Assembly (NCBI RefSeq): GCF_000143415.4
Contig: NW_003314310.1
Span: 1 to 64,000 of the forward strand
Origin: Selaginella moellendorffii
Lineage: Eukaryota; Plantae; Lycopodiophyta
Length of the DNA: 64,000 bases
Direction of reading: 5' to 3'
Shown here in pieces: positions 13,511 through 27,429 of this stretch; the stretch's first letter is position 1; every line of letters begins with the position of its first letter. Under the pieces are notes generated by a model. That model worked only from the letters and a program-made list of their open reading frames with translations. It searched no databases and was not told the origin of the DNA. Both the position numbers and the translations under genes were made by a program.

Positions 13511-14492
13511 ATGTCAGGGCGGCAAGGGCAAAATACTGCAGTAGCATAGCGTGGCCGCGGCCGCAGCCGTGGGAGTGCGAACAAGGTAGGAGCCTCCATC
13601 AATCCATCTACAAGAGCAGACTTGGGAGAAGCCGTGATCGGAGAGGGGCCTGGTTTGGGTGCAGCCTCGGGAGACGCCATGATTGGAGAGGGGCCTGCTT
13701 TAGCTATAGGAGATCAAGTTGCCATGTTCGATGGGGTAAACCCTCGGCCAGGTGTTGAGGATAGTGCTGTTGTGAGAATAGGGCAAGGCTGCAGGGGAGA
13801 CCAAAGAGGGATCCAGGGGCAAGAGACCAACCGTCATCATCCTTCGAGTCCCAGAGGCAGACCTGGTAGGCCTCCAAATACAGTCTGGAAATACATCTTC
13901 TACAATCCTTTAGTACTCAGGGAGAGGAACTTGGAAAACACTGAGGTGGATCCTTGACGTTTCAGCACCGACAAAGCTAGTTGGGAGGCAGTGGTTAGGT
14001 GTGTCTTATGCAAAGGTCCCATGAAGGGAATTGGACCTATGGGGATCAAGAGGCATCTTTGCAGCTTCTACAAGGAGAAGGAGGACACAGGTTGCAAGCA
14101 TCTTCATCCAATTGCTGTGACCCTAAAGCCCCTTGATTTCTGAACCATGTCATTTGAACTCCGCAAGGTTGATGTTGTACGTCTCAATATTGTTCCTTGT
14201 TACAGACACAAACTCCTTACTGAACTCTTGTATTGGATCGACATCAACTCCTCAAGCTAGTGGGAGTATTGAATGTAGGCCAAGATTGAACATGTTTGCC
14301 TTTTCGAGCAGTAATGATAACAAAGTATGGGAATGGATAGAATGTTTGGAGGGTGAAGACCGGGTTGATGTAGAGCAGTTGCGGCAGCAGGTTCAAGAGA
14401 CTGAGTTAGCTACAATTTGCTGCATCTCTATGGGTGGTTTATGCACAGCTGGGAATCAGATCGATATAATAGTGTCTACTACATGGCCTCAG
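13511..14492 (+). pseudogene. 5' part of hAT-superfamily transposase gene with BED zinc finger, interrupted by an LTR insertion
   Basis: ATG at 13511 in frame with RPPNTVWKY..VRCVLCKG..GIKRHLC (BED pattern W..CxxC..RHL); in-frame stops; ends at LTR terminus TGTAGCGC at 14493. Confidence 0.7.
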
Positions 14493-15626
14493 TGTAGCGC
14501 ACATGGTTTTGACCCTTTATCCTATGGTGATTTACCATAGGATAACACCACGAAGCGGAACCTAAACCCTCTTTGTGCCACGTGACAGATGCCACGTGTC
14601 ACATGCCACGTGTCCATGCCACGTGTCCACAGGAACCCGAGGTTCAAGGCCTTGGGCCACTGAACGAAGGAACGGTGCCAAACTCCCAAGCATGGAGCCA
14701 AGGAGTGACGGAACCGAACCACGGAGCAACTCCCGAGCATAAAGCCCAAGGAGTGAAGGGACAGGAGCCCGAAGCGACTTGGAACAGTCCTGGAGCAACC
14801 AGCATCCCAATGCCAGGACCAGCACGCAAAACGGAGCCAAACAGAGTCTGGCGCTATTTCGGCATACCGGTGGCCTAACGTGAGGACATGGGTACTCCAC
14901 CAACTAGCATGGAATGGAACTTGGGCTTAGACCCAAGCCGGATGCAGAATAAGGACAAGCACGCAAGCGGGAGCTAGACTATGCCTCAGGTTGGTCGGCC
15001 ATGCCCGACCTACCCACTATCCCTACTATACATTTGGAACCCCCCATAGCCCCCCCCCCCTTGAGGAACACACGCTTTGGGCTTTCACCCTTAATATCAG
15101 GAGTTAGTCTCTGGGACAAGCTCAAAACTTACTAAATATGGAATGTCCCTAGATTGCGAATTGGACACGGGACGAACACCATTGTGTTCAGGACGATCTC
15201 TACATTTCGTAGATATGCCAAATGAGCAAATCTGGACACTTTCCATAAATAGCATTTGGGACCGAAATAATACTAACATAAAGGGCATGATAGCGAGGGT
15301 GTTTGGCAGACACGGTAAGCTATCATCTAGCGATATTGAGGGACCAATCTCAATATCACGGGGGTTCTTGATATTAGCAAGTGCAAGTCAATGACAGGAG
15401 TTTCTCAAACCAGGCCGAGTATGCTCAGCAAGAAACACATAGGGTTCCTACCTTATGTTTATCTGATTTAAGTACACGGTCATTGACCAGTTTCTCAACT
15501 AACTCAAGTGGGAACAATAAAGGGAACCAACTATACCGACCTTCTGCCATCGTGGCAGTAAGGTAAGAGTGTCCGTAAGGACTAGCCGACAGGTAACTTT
15601 TGATACCCGAAGTCACATTCGCGACA
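14493..15626 (-). repeat. 3' LTR of copy A
   Basis: Repeated at 20618-21762 and, inverted, at 22933-24185, 41058-42194 and 51788-52925. Confidence 0.93.
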
Positions 15627-18600
15627 CTCTCCCCCCCTAGGGAAGATCGACGTCCTCGTCGATGCACACTCGAGTCTAGAATACCGCCAAGGAAACAACT
15701 CCAGAAAAAGTTCACGGTACTCACACTATGTGAGAAATGCACCAACTTAAATGAGTTAGGGGGCAACCTCTTTGTCTAACGTGGATGCGCTACCAGCTCA
15801 GACACCTTCCGGCCGTCGCCGACAAGGAAATGACCAACGGAGTCAGCCACCCTTGCTGCTCTGGTTGTCATCCAGCTTACAAAAGTGTGATATGCCCTGC
15901 CTGCAGAGACATAGAGAGAGGAGCTAGGGGCCCCAACCCTCATGAGCAAAGAAACCAAACCCGTCGGTAAGGTTTAGATAGACTACTGTAAATAGGCAGT
16001 TAGAGTTGTTTACACGGTCACGCCCTTTCATGGAATAAGGAACATTGACAGAGAGGCGAGTTATGTGACCAGTCTACAGTAGCTACCCCATGACTAAAGA
16101 TTTCAACATGCATACGAAGTGCCGAAGCCAGTCTGCCTATACTGGCCCAAATGCAAAGATCAATAGATGGACAATATCAAAGTCATAGACAATGATATCT
16201 TAGAGTCTTAATTATCAGTGAATATATCTTAGATTAGAACACAAAAGTATTCCAAGTAAGTTATCATCCGATAAACTAGTATTATAGGATAGGAACCACC
16301 AAGATCATCATTTTTGGAAACATAGGATTTACCATCCAATAAAATTCAATAGCAAGTATATCATCAAGTAAACTTAATGATGAAACTTAACTACCGAAGA
16401 TAGCAAACAGTAAGCCAACAACTTACTAGAGATAACTCAAAGAACACAATGTATCATTGATTGACAAGCACAATGCTCGCGAATGTATCACCCAAAGGAA
16501 ATAACATCCAAATCTATCAAAACTAACTCGAGTAACAATCAATAGAAGAGAATGAATGCGATGAGACCAACAAACACTCATTCATGCCAATTATCACAAA
16601 AGCCAATCCTAATAGATCTCGGTCAACAATACCAAAGAACCAGAGTTGCTCAAGCAAGTGTCAACAACATCCTATTGATATCTCAAACCCAAGAGACCAA
16701 TCCAGAGCAAACCACAAGGAACATGTGGTATTGCGAAAAGCCATAAGCCATCAAGGAGAACAACTAACCATCACGAAAGATCATCAATCATCTCATCAAA
16801 AAAAAAAATGCATAATCATTGTCAAAGAAGGAATCCACCATCCCAAAAAATAGCAAATCATTCGATATCAACAACAATCAAGCAAAATCTTTTGACTAGG
16901 ATAATCAACTATCCTAAATGATAGTCAATCATCACCAATGATTGCTAGATGCAAAAGCCAACTTCAACATCGAAGCTAACAAGCTAAAATGCCTTCCCCA
17001 ACAACTCCTAACAAATGGAACAATGAGCATAAATCTCAAAGAACCAAAAGCTCGAAGAAGCTTATAGCTAAGTCTTGCTTAATAATGATCACAAGCCTTG
17101 CATGAATTAACTTCAATGCCAAAGAAGAAATCATGGTGCAACCCACAATATCTTCCTCAACACATCTATAAGCTAGACTTCATAATGCCAAAGCTAATGA
17201 AGAGCATATCTGCATCAATCCAAAAGCTAAGCATAACGAAGCTATGCTCAATAAGTGATCACCAAACGATCCTCCATGAATCCATCTATAGCAAGACGTA
17301 ACTCACTTCATAACAAGCACAAGAAGAATCATCAATGATCAATATATTCCAACTCAAATCCAAGAAGGATTCAAACACTTCAATATCGATCACTAACTCT
17401 TCATCTCGTAAAGTTAGCATAGTCCATGACTGAATCACTTTTCAAGGAAAAGTCGAAGCTCAACCCTCTACTAAATAATCTCGTCTAGAACACAACTAAC
17501 TCAAACTTGCCACTCAGTTCATTTGAACGTCAACACAGTTGCTAACTAGCAAATGCACGAATGCTAATAACACAAAGCTATAGCCAAATCATCAACACTA
17601 TCTTCATCGAGAGCAATGAAACTTAATATCAATCCTAAGGATAGATATATCATCTCACCTGAATCTCAACATCAATAATATCAATGACAAGGCATCACTT
17701 TAATGCCATCAACATTAGAACAAAGCTAGAAGAAAGCACAAGTGTATCACCACTCAAAGCTCTCTAGCAACGAAGCTAACCAAGGTCAAAGATACTTTAG
17801 CTAGTATCCAAGACCAATCCTTCAACATTACTCAGGTACAGATAACACTTCCTCAAGGAGTGCATCACCACGTCCAAGACTCCATGAAATCCAACACCAC
17901 AACTAAATGCAACCAAATGATATCGACAGAGGTAAAGTCAACATGTCAACATGGAAAACCCATGTAAGTCTAATGACACGATCCTCCGCAACACCATCCG
18001 GTAAAGCAAACCCATCACTGCTAAATCTTCATCGAGTGAAGCAAGTGTCAAAAGTCCTCGATGAAGTCTACAAGTAATCACCAGTCGCAAAGCAACTAAC
18101 AATCACCTTTCAACTTGCCTTCACAAGATCTAAACACTAAACTTGCGCCATTGAGTTATATACTTGTCCAACATGAACGTAATACCCCAGATACAAGATA
18201 AAGGTTCATTGACAAGCACAAACTAAATGACCACTCGAATCCAACTCAACTGTAATAAGCTTACCAATGCATTTAGCCACTAGCTCTGAGCATGCTTTAA
18301 AGAGGCTAGCTATGCATGATCATCACTCAGTCGAAACTAAAGTGAAAACCATGAGATGGACTCATATCGGTACACAACCTCCACTTGAACAAAGCTATAG
18401 TATAGGTATCAACATCTTAACTACAAACAACTAAGTTGGACATCACCATCCTCAGCCAAGGCGCAGAACCACCAAGACCAAGTCAAGTCAAGATCAGTGA
18501 GAGCTCACTACTCTCATAGAGTCTTAACAAAATGCAAGGTGTAATCTGCCACTAAGCATAATGCTACAAAAGAAAGGCACAAGGGTCACCCTTCTTAGAA

Positions 18601-20617
18601 AAGTGCAACAGCCACTTTTCTACACCAACTCCAGACTCTATTCAACTCAATTACCTTAGCCCCAAAAGTCAGCATCCCTTTCGGGTCGCATCATACAAAC
18701 TATTTACTAAGGTCTAAGCCAACCAAAGTCAACTCCAACCCTTTCACTAGTTTGTACTGGCTTACGAAAACGGAATGGTTTTCGGACAAAGTGATAACAG
18801 ATCAGCTATTGGAAAAGTCTAAGAAAATTTGTGGAAAATTTTCCATCCTAGAGAAAGAATGACTCTTAGTCTAGAAATATAAACTTCCAAGACTTAACCA
18901 ACTTCCTTCTACTTAACAACTTCACATAGGCTCACCTCAACACAAATTCTCATGACCCATAGTATGCTTAAGCCTCGAACATCTTTTTGCCCATTCTTTC
19001 GACATCCAACACTGACATCCGTAAAATGCAAATGGAACATCCAAGGCTTGATCACAAAGACCACATCTTCGGATATCTACATTGCACTAACACTCTTCTT
19101 CAACCACTTTCAGGATCCAACGTGAAGCCAAAACACTAACAAGAAAAATGACATGGAAAATCAAGCTTTAAGGAAAATTCCTCATCACTCGAACAACAAT
19201 GCCACTTCCACTAACACAAGTGCTAGCGATGTCAATGCCTTAACTACACACCTTTCCCATCTGGCAATCTACTCCAAGTGCTAACGGTTCTACTGACAAG
19301 CTATAGCAAATGAATGCTACAACCATTTTCCAACACCTTATGGGCAAACCCTCAAGGAACAAGGAACCAACTTAAGCTTAGCATAATGGACCACCATTGA
19401 GAATCCAGTCAAAGCTACTACAATGCTACTACGTGCAAGTAGATTAGCTTCTCCATCAACCACTTTGGGGTTGATCATCGTTAACCAAGAAACTTCGTAA
19501 ACACATTGCCCACTATCACATGGATATGATATAAGTATCACAATGACTTAATCATCAATCAAGCAACACTATGAGCAATGCCCATGTCACTACTACAAAG
19601 GTTTATGTGAGTATCAAGTGTTAACTAGATTTGACAAAATGCAACATAAATGCCACACCCCACCGATAGAGATTTACAACACTCAACACCACTAACTTTT
19701 GTTCACAACATGGACAGCTCATGCCACTCTCTTTCCGACCAAACTCAAAACCAATCCAACACCAAACTACTCAAAGAGCAATAGCAAGGTTCCCCGGAAA
19801 AGAGTTGAGCATTGTAACCCAAGTCTTCCAATAGCAAGTCTAGACAAAATGGTATAACGCTTCACCGTTATCCATCCCATGACTCACCACTTGTAAGACG
19901 ATCATTTCCAACATGCATCAAGGTAGAGACTCTTGATTGCATAATGTGAACACGAGCAATGAGTTAACACTTCGTTGCAAATCATCTCTCCAAGAAGAGA
20001 AGATGATTTACGTGTTTGATCCTTCGTCCCCGATGACTCTCTTTTCGGTCTCATCTTTGACTAAACCTCAAGCTTGCGTTTGCACTGCTTTCAGTCCAAT
20101 CCAAGAAAAGTTTATGAGAGAGCACGACAATGACTACTTGAACCAATAGACTAATCCCTACAGTCTTGATTGATCCACTTGTAATCATGCCTAAGAAGGA
20201 TCCACTAGTGCCGTGCTAAACAGCTACGGACCAGCCTATTTGCTACTCATAGCAAACCCAGGAAAGGTTTGCTTTTACCCATGGTACAAGGAACAACTCA
20301 TGGAACCACCGATAGGCTAACATTAATCCTGCCAACTCAAAGTTTAATCTCGAGTTGCTAATGTGCCTCACTCACGAGCCCAAGCATAAACTCGTGCTAA
20401 CAGAGCATCTCAAATCCATCTTATGAACCCAAGAGCAAGCTCACATTCTTACGGTACAACAAGGTAACAAAAACCATACCCAAGGTACCAACGCGAAGTC
20501 TTTTGCACCCAAACGTATACCCACTCGGATCATCATTTTCATCTCTGCGTATGCAACGAGACCAGTTGCCCAATCTCATTGGATAGTACTCGCCGAGACT
20601 CATCCTCTGATACCAAA

Positions 20618-21762
20618 TGTAGCGCACGTGGTTTTGACCCTTTATCCTATGGTGATTTACCATAGGATAACACCACGAAGCGGAACCTAAACACTCTTTG
20701 TGCCATGTGACAGATGCCACGTGTCACATGCCACGTGTCCATGCCACGTGTCTACAGGAACCCGAGGTTCAAGGCCTTGGGCCACTGAACGAAGGAACGG
20801 TGCCAAACTCCCAAGCATGGAGCCAAGGAGTGACGGAACCGAACCACGGAGCAACTCCCGAGCATAAAGCCCAAGGAGCGAAGGGACAGGAGCCCGAAGC
20901 GACTTGGAACAGTCCTGGAGCAACCAGCATCCCAATGCCAGGACCAGCACGCAAAACGGAGCCAAACGGAGTCTGGCGCTATTTCGGCATACCGGTGGCC
21001 TAACGCGAGGACATGGGTACTCCACCAACTAGCATGGAATGGAACTTGGGCTTAGACCCAAGCCGGACGCAGAACAAGGACAAGCACGCAAGCGGGAGCT
21101 AGACTATGCCTCAGGTTGGTCGGCCATGCCCGACCTACCCACTATCCCTACTATACATTTGGAACCCCCCATAACCCCCCCGCCCTTGAGGAACACACGC
21201 TTTGGGCTTTCACCCCAAGCCTCCCTTAATATCAGGAGTTAGTCTCTGGGACAAGCTCAAAACTTACTAAATATGGAATGTCCCTAGATTGCGAATTTGG
21301 ACACGAGACGAACACCATTGTGTTCAGGACGATCTCTACATTTCGTAGATATGCCAAATGAGCAAATCTGGACACTTTCCATAAATAGCATTTGGGACCG
21401 AAATGATACTAATATAAAGGGCATGATAGCGAGGGTGTTTGGCAGACACGGTAAGCTATCATCTAGCGATATTGAGGGACCAATCTCAATATCACGGGGG
21501 TTCTTGATACTAGCAAGTGCAAGTCAATGACAGGAGTTTCTCAAACTAGGCCGAGTATGCTCAGCAAGAAACACATAGGGTTCCTACCTTATGTTTATCC
21601 GATTTAAGTACACGGTCATTGACCAGTTTCTCAACTAGCTCAAGTGGGAACAATAAAGGGAACCAGCTATACCGACCTTCTGCCATCGTGGCAGTAAGGT
21701 AAGAGTGTCCGTAAGGACTAGCCGACAGGTAACTTTCGATACCCGAAGTCACATTCACGACA
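20618..21762 (-). repeat. 5' LTR of copy A
   Basis: PBS abuts its inner end; TG..CA termini. Confidence 0.93.
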
Positions 21763-24049
21763 CTTTTCGGGATGGTGGATTCCTTCTTTGACAATGATTA
21801 TGCATCTCTTTATTGATGGGATGATTGATGATCTTTCATGATGGTTAATTGTTCTCTTTGATAGCTTTTGGCTTTTCGCAATACCGCATGTTCTTTGTGG
21901 TTTGCTCTGGATTGGTCTCTTGGGTTTGAGACATCAGTAGGATGTTGCTGACACTTGCTTAAGCAACTTGAGTTCCTTGGTACTGTTGGCTGGGATCTAT
22001 TCAGATGGGCTTTTGTGATAGTTGGCAGGAGTGAGTGTTTGTTGGTCTTACCGCATTCATTCTGTTCTGTTGATTATTGCTCGAGTTAGTTTTCATAGAT
22101 TGGGATGTTATTCCTTTGGGTGATACATTCGCGAGCATTTTGCTTGTCAGTCAATGATACTTTGTGTTCTTTGAGTTATCTTTTGTAAGTTGTTTGGCAT
22201 TCTGTCTGCAATTTTTAATAGTTAAACTTTATCATTGAGTTTACTTGGTGAATCCTATGTTTACCAATTATGATGATCTTGGTGGTTCCTGCACTATAAT
22301 ACTAGTTTATTGGATGATAACTTGCTTAGATATATTCACTGATAATTAAGACTCTAAGATATCATTGTCTATGACTTTGATATTGTCCATCTATTGATCT
22401 TTGAGTTTGGGCCAGTAATAGGCAGACTGGCTTCGGCACTTCGTGTGCATGTTGAAATCTCTAGTCATGGGGTAGCTACTGTTGACTGGTCACATAACCC
22501 GCCTCTCTGTCGATGTTCCTTATTCCGTTAAAAGGGCGTGACCGTGTAAACAACTCTAACTGCCTATTTACAGTAGTCTATCTAAACCTTACCGACGGGT
22601 TTGGTTTCTTTGCTCAGGAGGGTTAGGGCCTCCGGCTTCTCTCTCTATGTCTTTGCGGGCAGGGCATATCACACTTTTGTAAGCTGGGTGACACCTAGAG
22701 TAGCAAGGGTGGCTAACTCCGTTGGTCATTTCCTTGTCGGCGACGGCCGGAAGGTGTCTGAGCTGGTAGCGCATCCGCGTTAGACAAAGAGGTTGCCTCC
22801 TAACTCATTTAAGTTGGTGCATTTCTCATATAGTGTGAATACCGTGAACTTTTTCTGGAGTTGTTTCCTTGGCGGTATTCTAGACTCGAGTATGCATCGA
22901 CGAGGACATCGATCTTCCCTAGGGGGGGAGAGTGTCGCGAATGTGACTTCGGGTATCGAAAGTTACCTGTCGGCTAGTCCTTACGGACACTCTTACCTTA
23001 CTGCCACGATGGCAGGAGGTCGGTATTGCTGGACCCGTTATCAGTTTCCCACTTGAGCTAGTTGAGAAACTGGTCAATGACCATGAACTTAGATTGGATA
23101 AACATAAGGTAGGAACCCTATGTGTTTCTTGCTAAGCATACTTGGCCTGGTTTGAGAAACTTGAGTCATTGGCTTGCACTTGCTAATATCTAGAACCCCC
23201 GCGATATTGAGCTTGGTCCCTCAATATCGCTAGATGATAGCTTACCGTGTCTGCCAAACACCCTCGCTATCATGCCCTTTGTGTTAGTTTCATTTTGGTC
23301 CCAAATGCTATTTATGGAAAGTGTCCAGATTTGCTCATTTGGCATATCTATGGAATGTAGAGATCGTCTTGAACACAATGGTGTTCGTCTCGTGTCCAAA
23401 TTCGCAATTTAGGGACATTCCATATTTAGTAAGTTTCGAGCTTGTCCCAGAGACTAACTCCTGATATTAAGGGAGGCTTGGGGTGAAAGCCCAAAGCGTG
23501 TGTTCCTCAAGGGGGGGGGGGGGGGGGGGCCAAGGGGGGTTCCCAATGTTTAGTAGGGATATGGGGTAGGTCGGGCATGGCCGACCAACCTGGGGGATAA
23601 TCTTACTCCCGCTTGCGTGCCTGTCCTTGTTCTGCGTCCGGCTTGGGTCTAAGCCCAAGTTCCATTCCATGNNNNNNNNNNNNNNNNNNNNNNNNNNNNN
23701 NNNNNNNNNNNNNNNNNNNNNNNNNNNNNNNNNNNNNNNNNNNNNNNNNNNNNNNNNNNNNNNNNNNNNNNGATCGGCTTCACCCCGGACGTAAATGCGT
23801 TAGGCCACCGGTATGCCGAAATAGCACCAGACTCCGTTTGGCTCCGTTTTGCGTGCTGGTCCTAGCATTTAGATGCTGGTTACTCTAGGACTGTTCCAAG
23901 TCGCTCCGGGCTCCTGTTCCTTCGCTCCTTGGGCCTTATGCTCGGGAGTTGCTCTGTGGTTCAGTTCCATCACTCCTTGGCTCCATGCTTGGGGGTTTGG
24001 CACCGTTCCTTCATTCAGTGGCCCAAGGCCCTGAACCTTGGGTTCCTAA

Positions 24050-24102
24050 GGACACGTGGCATGGACACGTGGCATGTGACACGTGGCATCTGTCACGTGG
24101 CA
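24050..24102 (+). promoter_or_regulatory. Tandem G-box/ABRE-like array (CACGTGGCA x4) inside the LTR
   Basis: GACACGTGGCATGGACACGTGGCATGTGACACGTGGCATCTGTCACGTGGCA; equivalents near 14576-14628, 20700-20752 and 42060-42112; decayed in the solo LTR. Confidence 0.6.
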
Positions 24103-26883
24103 CAAAGAGGGTTTAGGTTCCGCTTCGTGGTGTTATCCTATGGTAAACCACCATAGGATAAAGGGTCAAAACCACGTGCACTACATTTGGTATCAGAGGA
24201 TGATCTCAGCGAGTACTATACAATGAGATTGGGCAACTAGTCTCGTTGCATACGCAGAGATGAAAACGATGATCCGAGTGGGTACACATTTGGTGCAAAA
24301 GGCTTTGCAATCGTTCCTTGGGTATGGATCTTGGTTACCTTATTGTACTTTATGATGTGAGCTTGAGCTTGGGCTCACAAGAGGGATTGAGTTGTTCCAT
24401 TCGCACGAGTTTGAGCTTGGGCTCATGAGTGAGGCACATTAGCAACTCGAGGATACACTTTGAGTTGGCAGGATTAATGTTAGCCTATCGGTCGTTCCAT
24501 GGGTTGTTCCAATGGTTCCATGAGTTGTTCCATGTACCATGGGTAAAAGCAAACCTTCCATGAGTTTGCTATGAGTGGCAAATAGGCTGGTCTGTAGCTA
24601 TTTAGCATAGCACTAGTGGATCCTTCCTAGGCATGATTATAAGTGGATCAATCAAGACTATAGGGATTAGTCTATTGATTCAAGTAGTCATTGCCGTGCT
24701 CTCTCATAAACTTTTCTTGGATTGGACTGAAGGCAGTGCGAACGCAAGCTCGAAGTGTAGTCAAAGATGAGACCGAAAAGAGAGTCGTCGGGGATGAAGG
24801 ATCAAACACGTAAATCATCTTCTCTTCTTGGAGAGATGATTTGCAACGAGGTGTGACTCATTGCTCGTGTTCACATCATGCAATCAAGAGTCCCTACCTT
24901 GATGCATGTTGGAGATGATGGTCTTACAAATGGTGAGTTGTGGGATGGATAGCGGTGAAACGATATACCATTTTGTCTAGGCTTGCTATGGAAGACTGGG
25001 GTTGCAATGCTCAATTCTTTTCAGAGGAACCTTGTTATTGGTCCTTGAGTAGCTTGGTGTTGGATTAGTGTTGAGTTTGGTCGAAAAGAGAGGCATGAGT
25101 TTGTCCATGTTGTGAACAAAAATTAGTGGTGCTGAGTGTTGTAAATCTTTATCGGTGGAGTGTGGCATTTATGTTGCATTTTGTCGAATCGAGTTTGCAC
25201 TTGATACTCACATAAACCTTTGAAGTAATGACATAGACATCGCTCGTGGTATTGCTCAATTGATGATCAAATCATTGCGATTTCCATATCATATCCATGT
25301 GATAATGAGCAATGTGTTTACGAAGTTGCTTGGTTAAACGATGATCAACCCCAAAGTGGTTGATAGTGAAGCTAGTCTACTTACACGTAGTAGCATTATA
25401 GTAGCTTTGACTAGATTCTTAATGGTGGTCCATTGTGCTAAGCTTAAGTTGGTACCTTGTTTCCTTGAGGGTTTGCCCATTAGGTGTTGGAAAGGGTTAT
25501 AGCAATCATTTGCTTTAACTTGTTGATTGTTCCGTTAGCACTTGGAGTAGATTATTGGATGGAGAAGGTGTGCAGTTGAGGCATTGACAATCATTAGCAC
25601 TTGTGTTAGTGGAGATGACATTGTTATGTTGAGTGATAAGGAATTTTCCTTAGAGCTTGATTTTCCATGTCATTTTTCTTGTTAGTGTTTTAGCTTCACA
25701 TTGGATCTTGAAGGTGGTTGAAGAAGAGTGTTAGTGCAATGTGAATATCCAAAGATGTGGTCTTCGTGATCAAGCTTTAGATGTTCATTTTGCATTTTGC
25801 AAATGTCGGAGTTGGATGTCGAAAGTATGGGCAAAAAGATGTTCGAGGCTTAAGCATACTATGGGTCGTGAGAATTTGTGTTGAGGTGAACCTATGTGAA
25901 GTTGTTAGTAAGAAGAAGTTGGTTGAGTCTTGAAAGTTTGTATTCCTGGACTGAGAGTCATTCTTTCTCTAGGATGGAAAATTTTTCCACAAATTTTCTT
26001 AGACTTTTCTAAAGGCTAATCTGTTGATCACTTTGTCCGAAAACCATTCCGTTTTCGAAAGTGAATACAAACTAGTGAAGGGGTTGGAGTTGACTTCGGT
26101 TAGCTTAGACCTTAGTAAGTAGTCTGTATGATGCAACCCGGAAGGGATGCTGACTTTTGGGGCTAAGACAATTGAGTTGGATAGAGTCTGAAGTTAGTGT
26201 AGAAAAGTGGCCATTGCACTTTTAAGCTCTATTTCGTTAAAGTGGGATTTATTCAGTAAAATGGGACTAGGTACAAATTTTCAAGTATTTGAAAATGACG
26301 TGAAATTATATGTTTTTTGTCCAGGGGCTAGACATATCTGGGGCATGGTGACTAGCGCGGTGACCTTATGTCCAGACTGAGTCCATCTAGTTGTATAATA
26401 AATCTCATTGTCAAGGTGAACAAGCCGAATCTGAAGCTAAAGAAGAGCGATGGCATGCGCGCACACACTATTTGTTTGTTCATTGAGCGTGTGGTGAGCT
26501 TTCCAAGATGAACATCATTCCTATTAGCCAGACATATCACTTAATGGTGAGAACATTTAGATATTATTCAATGTTATCTTTTTCTAACGAATCTAATTGT
26601 GAAGGTGTAGCAAGAGGCATTGCTAGTCTGGAGAAGTCATTTAACTCATTTGACCCTTAGTGTATTTTCATGAAACTAAATAACATTCATATTATTAAGG
26701 AATTTCTCTAGTACCTTTTTTTTACGACATAGAGGCTTGCATTTCTTTCAAAGGTGATTTAGTAAAAGGCCTGAGGGCACATGCCATTCTATTTCTCAGA
26801 CCGGTATTAAGATATACTAGTGCAAAGGGAAAAAGGTATTTGGTGATCAAGTAAATGGCATGAGGGCACACGCCATTATAAGC

Positions 26884-27141
26884 CTAAGCGCTAGTGGACA
26901 CCTCCTTTTTGGTACTCTCAGCGGTACTATCATCCTTCTCCGGGTCAGTTATTTTGCTTTGGATTGTTGTCTCTGACGTTACTGGGGCGTTCTCGATAGT
27001 TGTTAATGTTGCCGTTTGTTCATAAAAATGATCACCTAGAGTATAGTACGGGGAGTTTGGAAGACTTATATATTCTACATCTTCACCTATCTCCTTCTCC
27101 GTCTCCTTTTCTGCCTCACTTACAGATTTTGTGCTTGCCAT
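26884..27141 (-). CDS. Possible small acidic, S/T-rich protein or exon inside the transposon (MASTKSVSEAEKETEK..., 85 aa)
   Basis: ATG-initiated open frame with protein-like composition downstream of the transposase; no recognisable domain. Confidence 0.3.
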   Translation of the reverse strand: MASTKSVSEAEKETEKEIGEDVEYISLPNSPYYTLGDHFYEQTATLTTIENAPVTSETTIQSKITDPEKDDSTAESTKKEVSTSA

Positions 27142-27429
27142 GAGAACGCTCTTCACCCTAAAATATGGAGTTTGTTGTGTTATAAAAGGAAACCAACACA
27201 CACGCTGCAAGGGAATGATGGTACATAAAGCACGTAAGCCCACAATATGGGTTTATGTGCCATTAATATGGGCCACACGCCATATTATTAGATTTATGCA
27301 CGTGTGATTGGTAAATGCATATGTCACATCATCTTTGTTTTACCTCACACACTATATCAAGCCTCCTCTGATTCAGATTCGGATTGTTCACCTTGAAATA
27401 AAATACATTAGAAACTTTGTAAAGGAATA

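Larger units (their letters stand above)
14493..21762 (-). mobile_element. Non-autonomous LTR retrotransposon copy A (LARD-like), 7.3 kb, no recognisable gag-pol ORF
   Basis: Near-identical LTRs at 14493-15626 and 20618-21762 with TG..CA ends; minus-strand iMet PBS TGGTATCAGAG at 20605-20615; PPT CTAGGGGGGGAGAG at 15627-15640; flanks CTCAG and CTTTT do not form a TSD. Confidence 0.92.

Noticed and set aside
15540-15626. GTCCGTAAGGAC hairpin in the LTR as a retrozyme hammerhead stem II
   Set aside because: Flanking CTGANGA and GAAA core nucleotides are absent
14522-15970. Recurrent 60-113 aa ORFs in LTR copies (e.g. MVEYPCP.., MRYQLRH..)
   Set aside because: They recur only because the LTR and PPT-proximal DNA is repeated; no domain signal, and ORF lengths vary between copies
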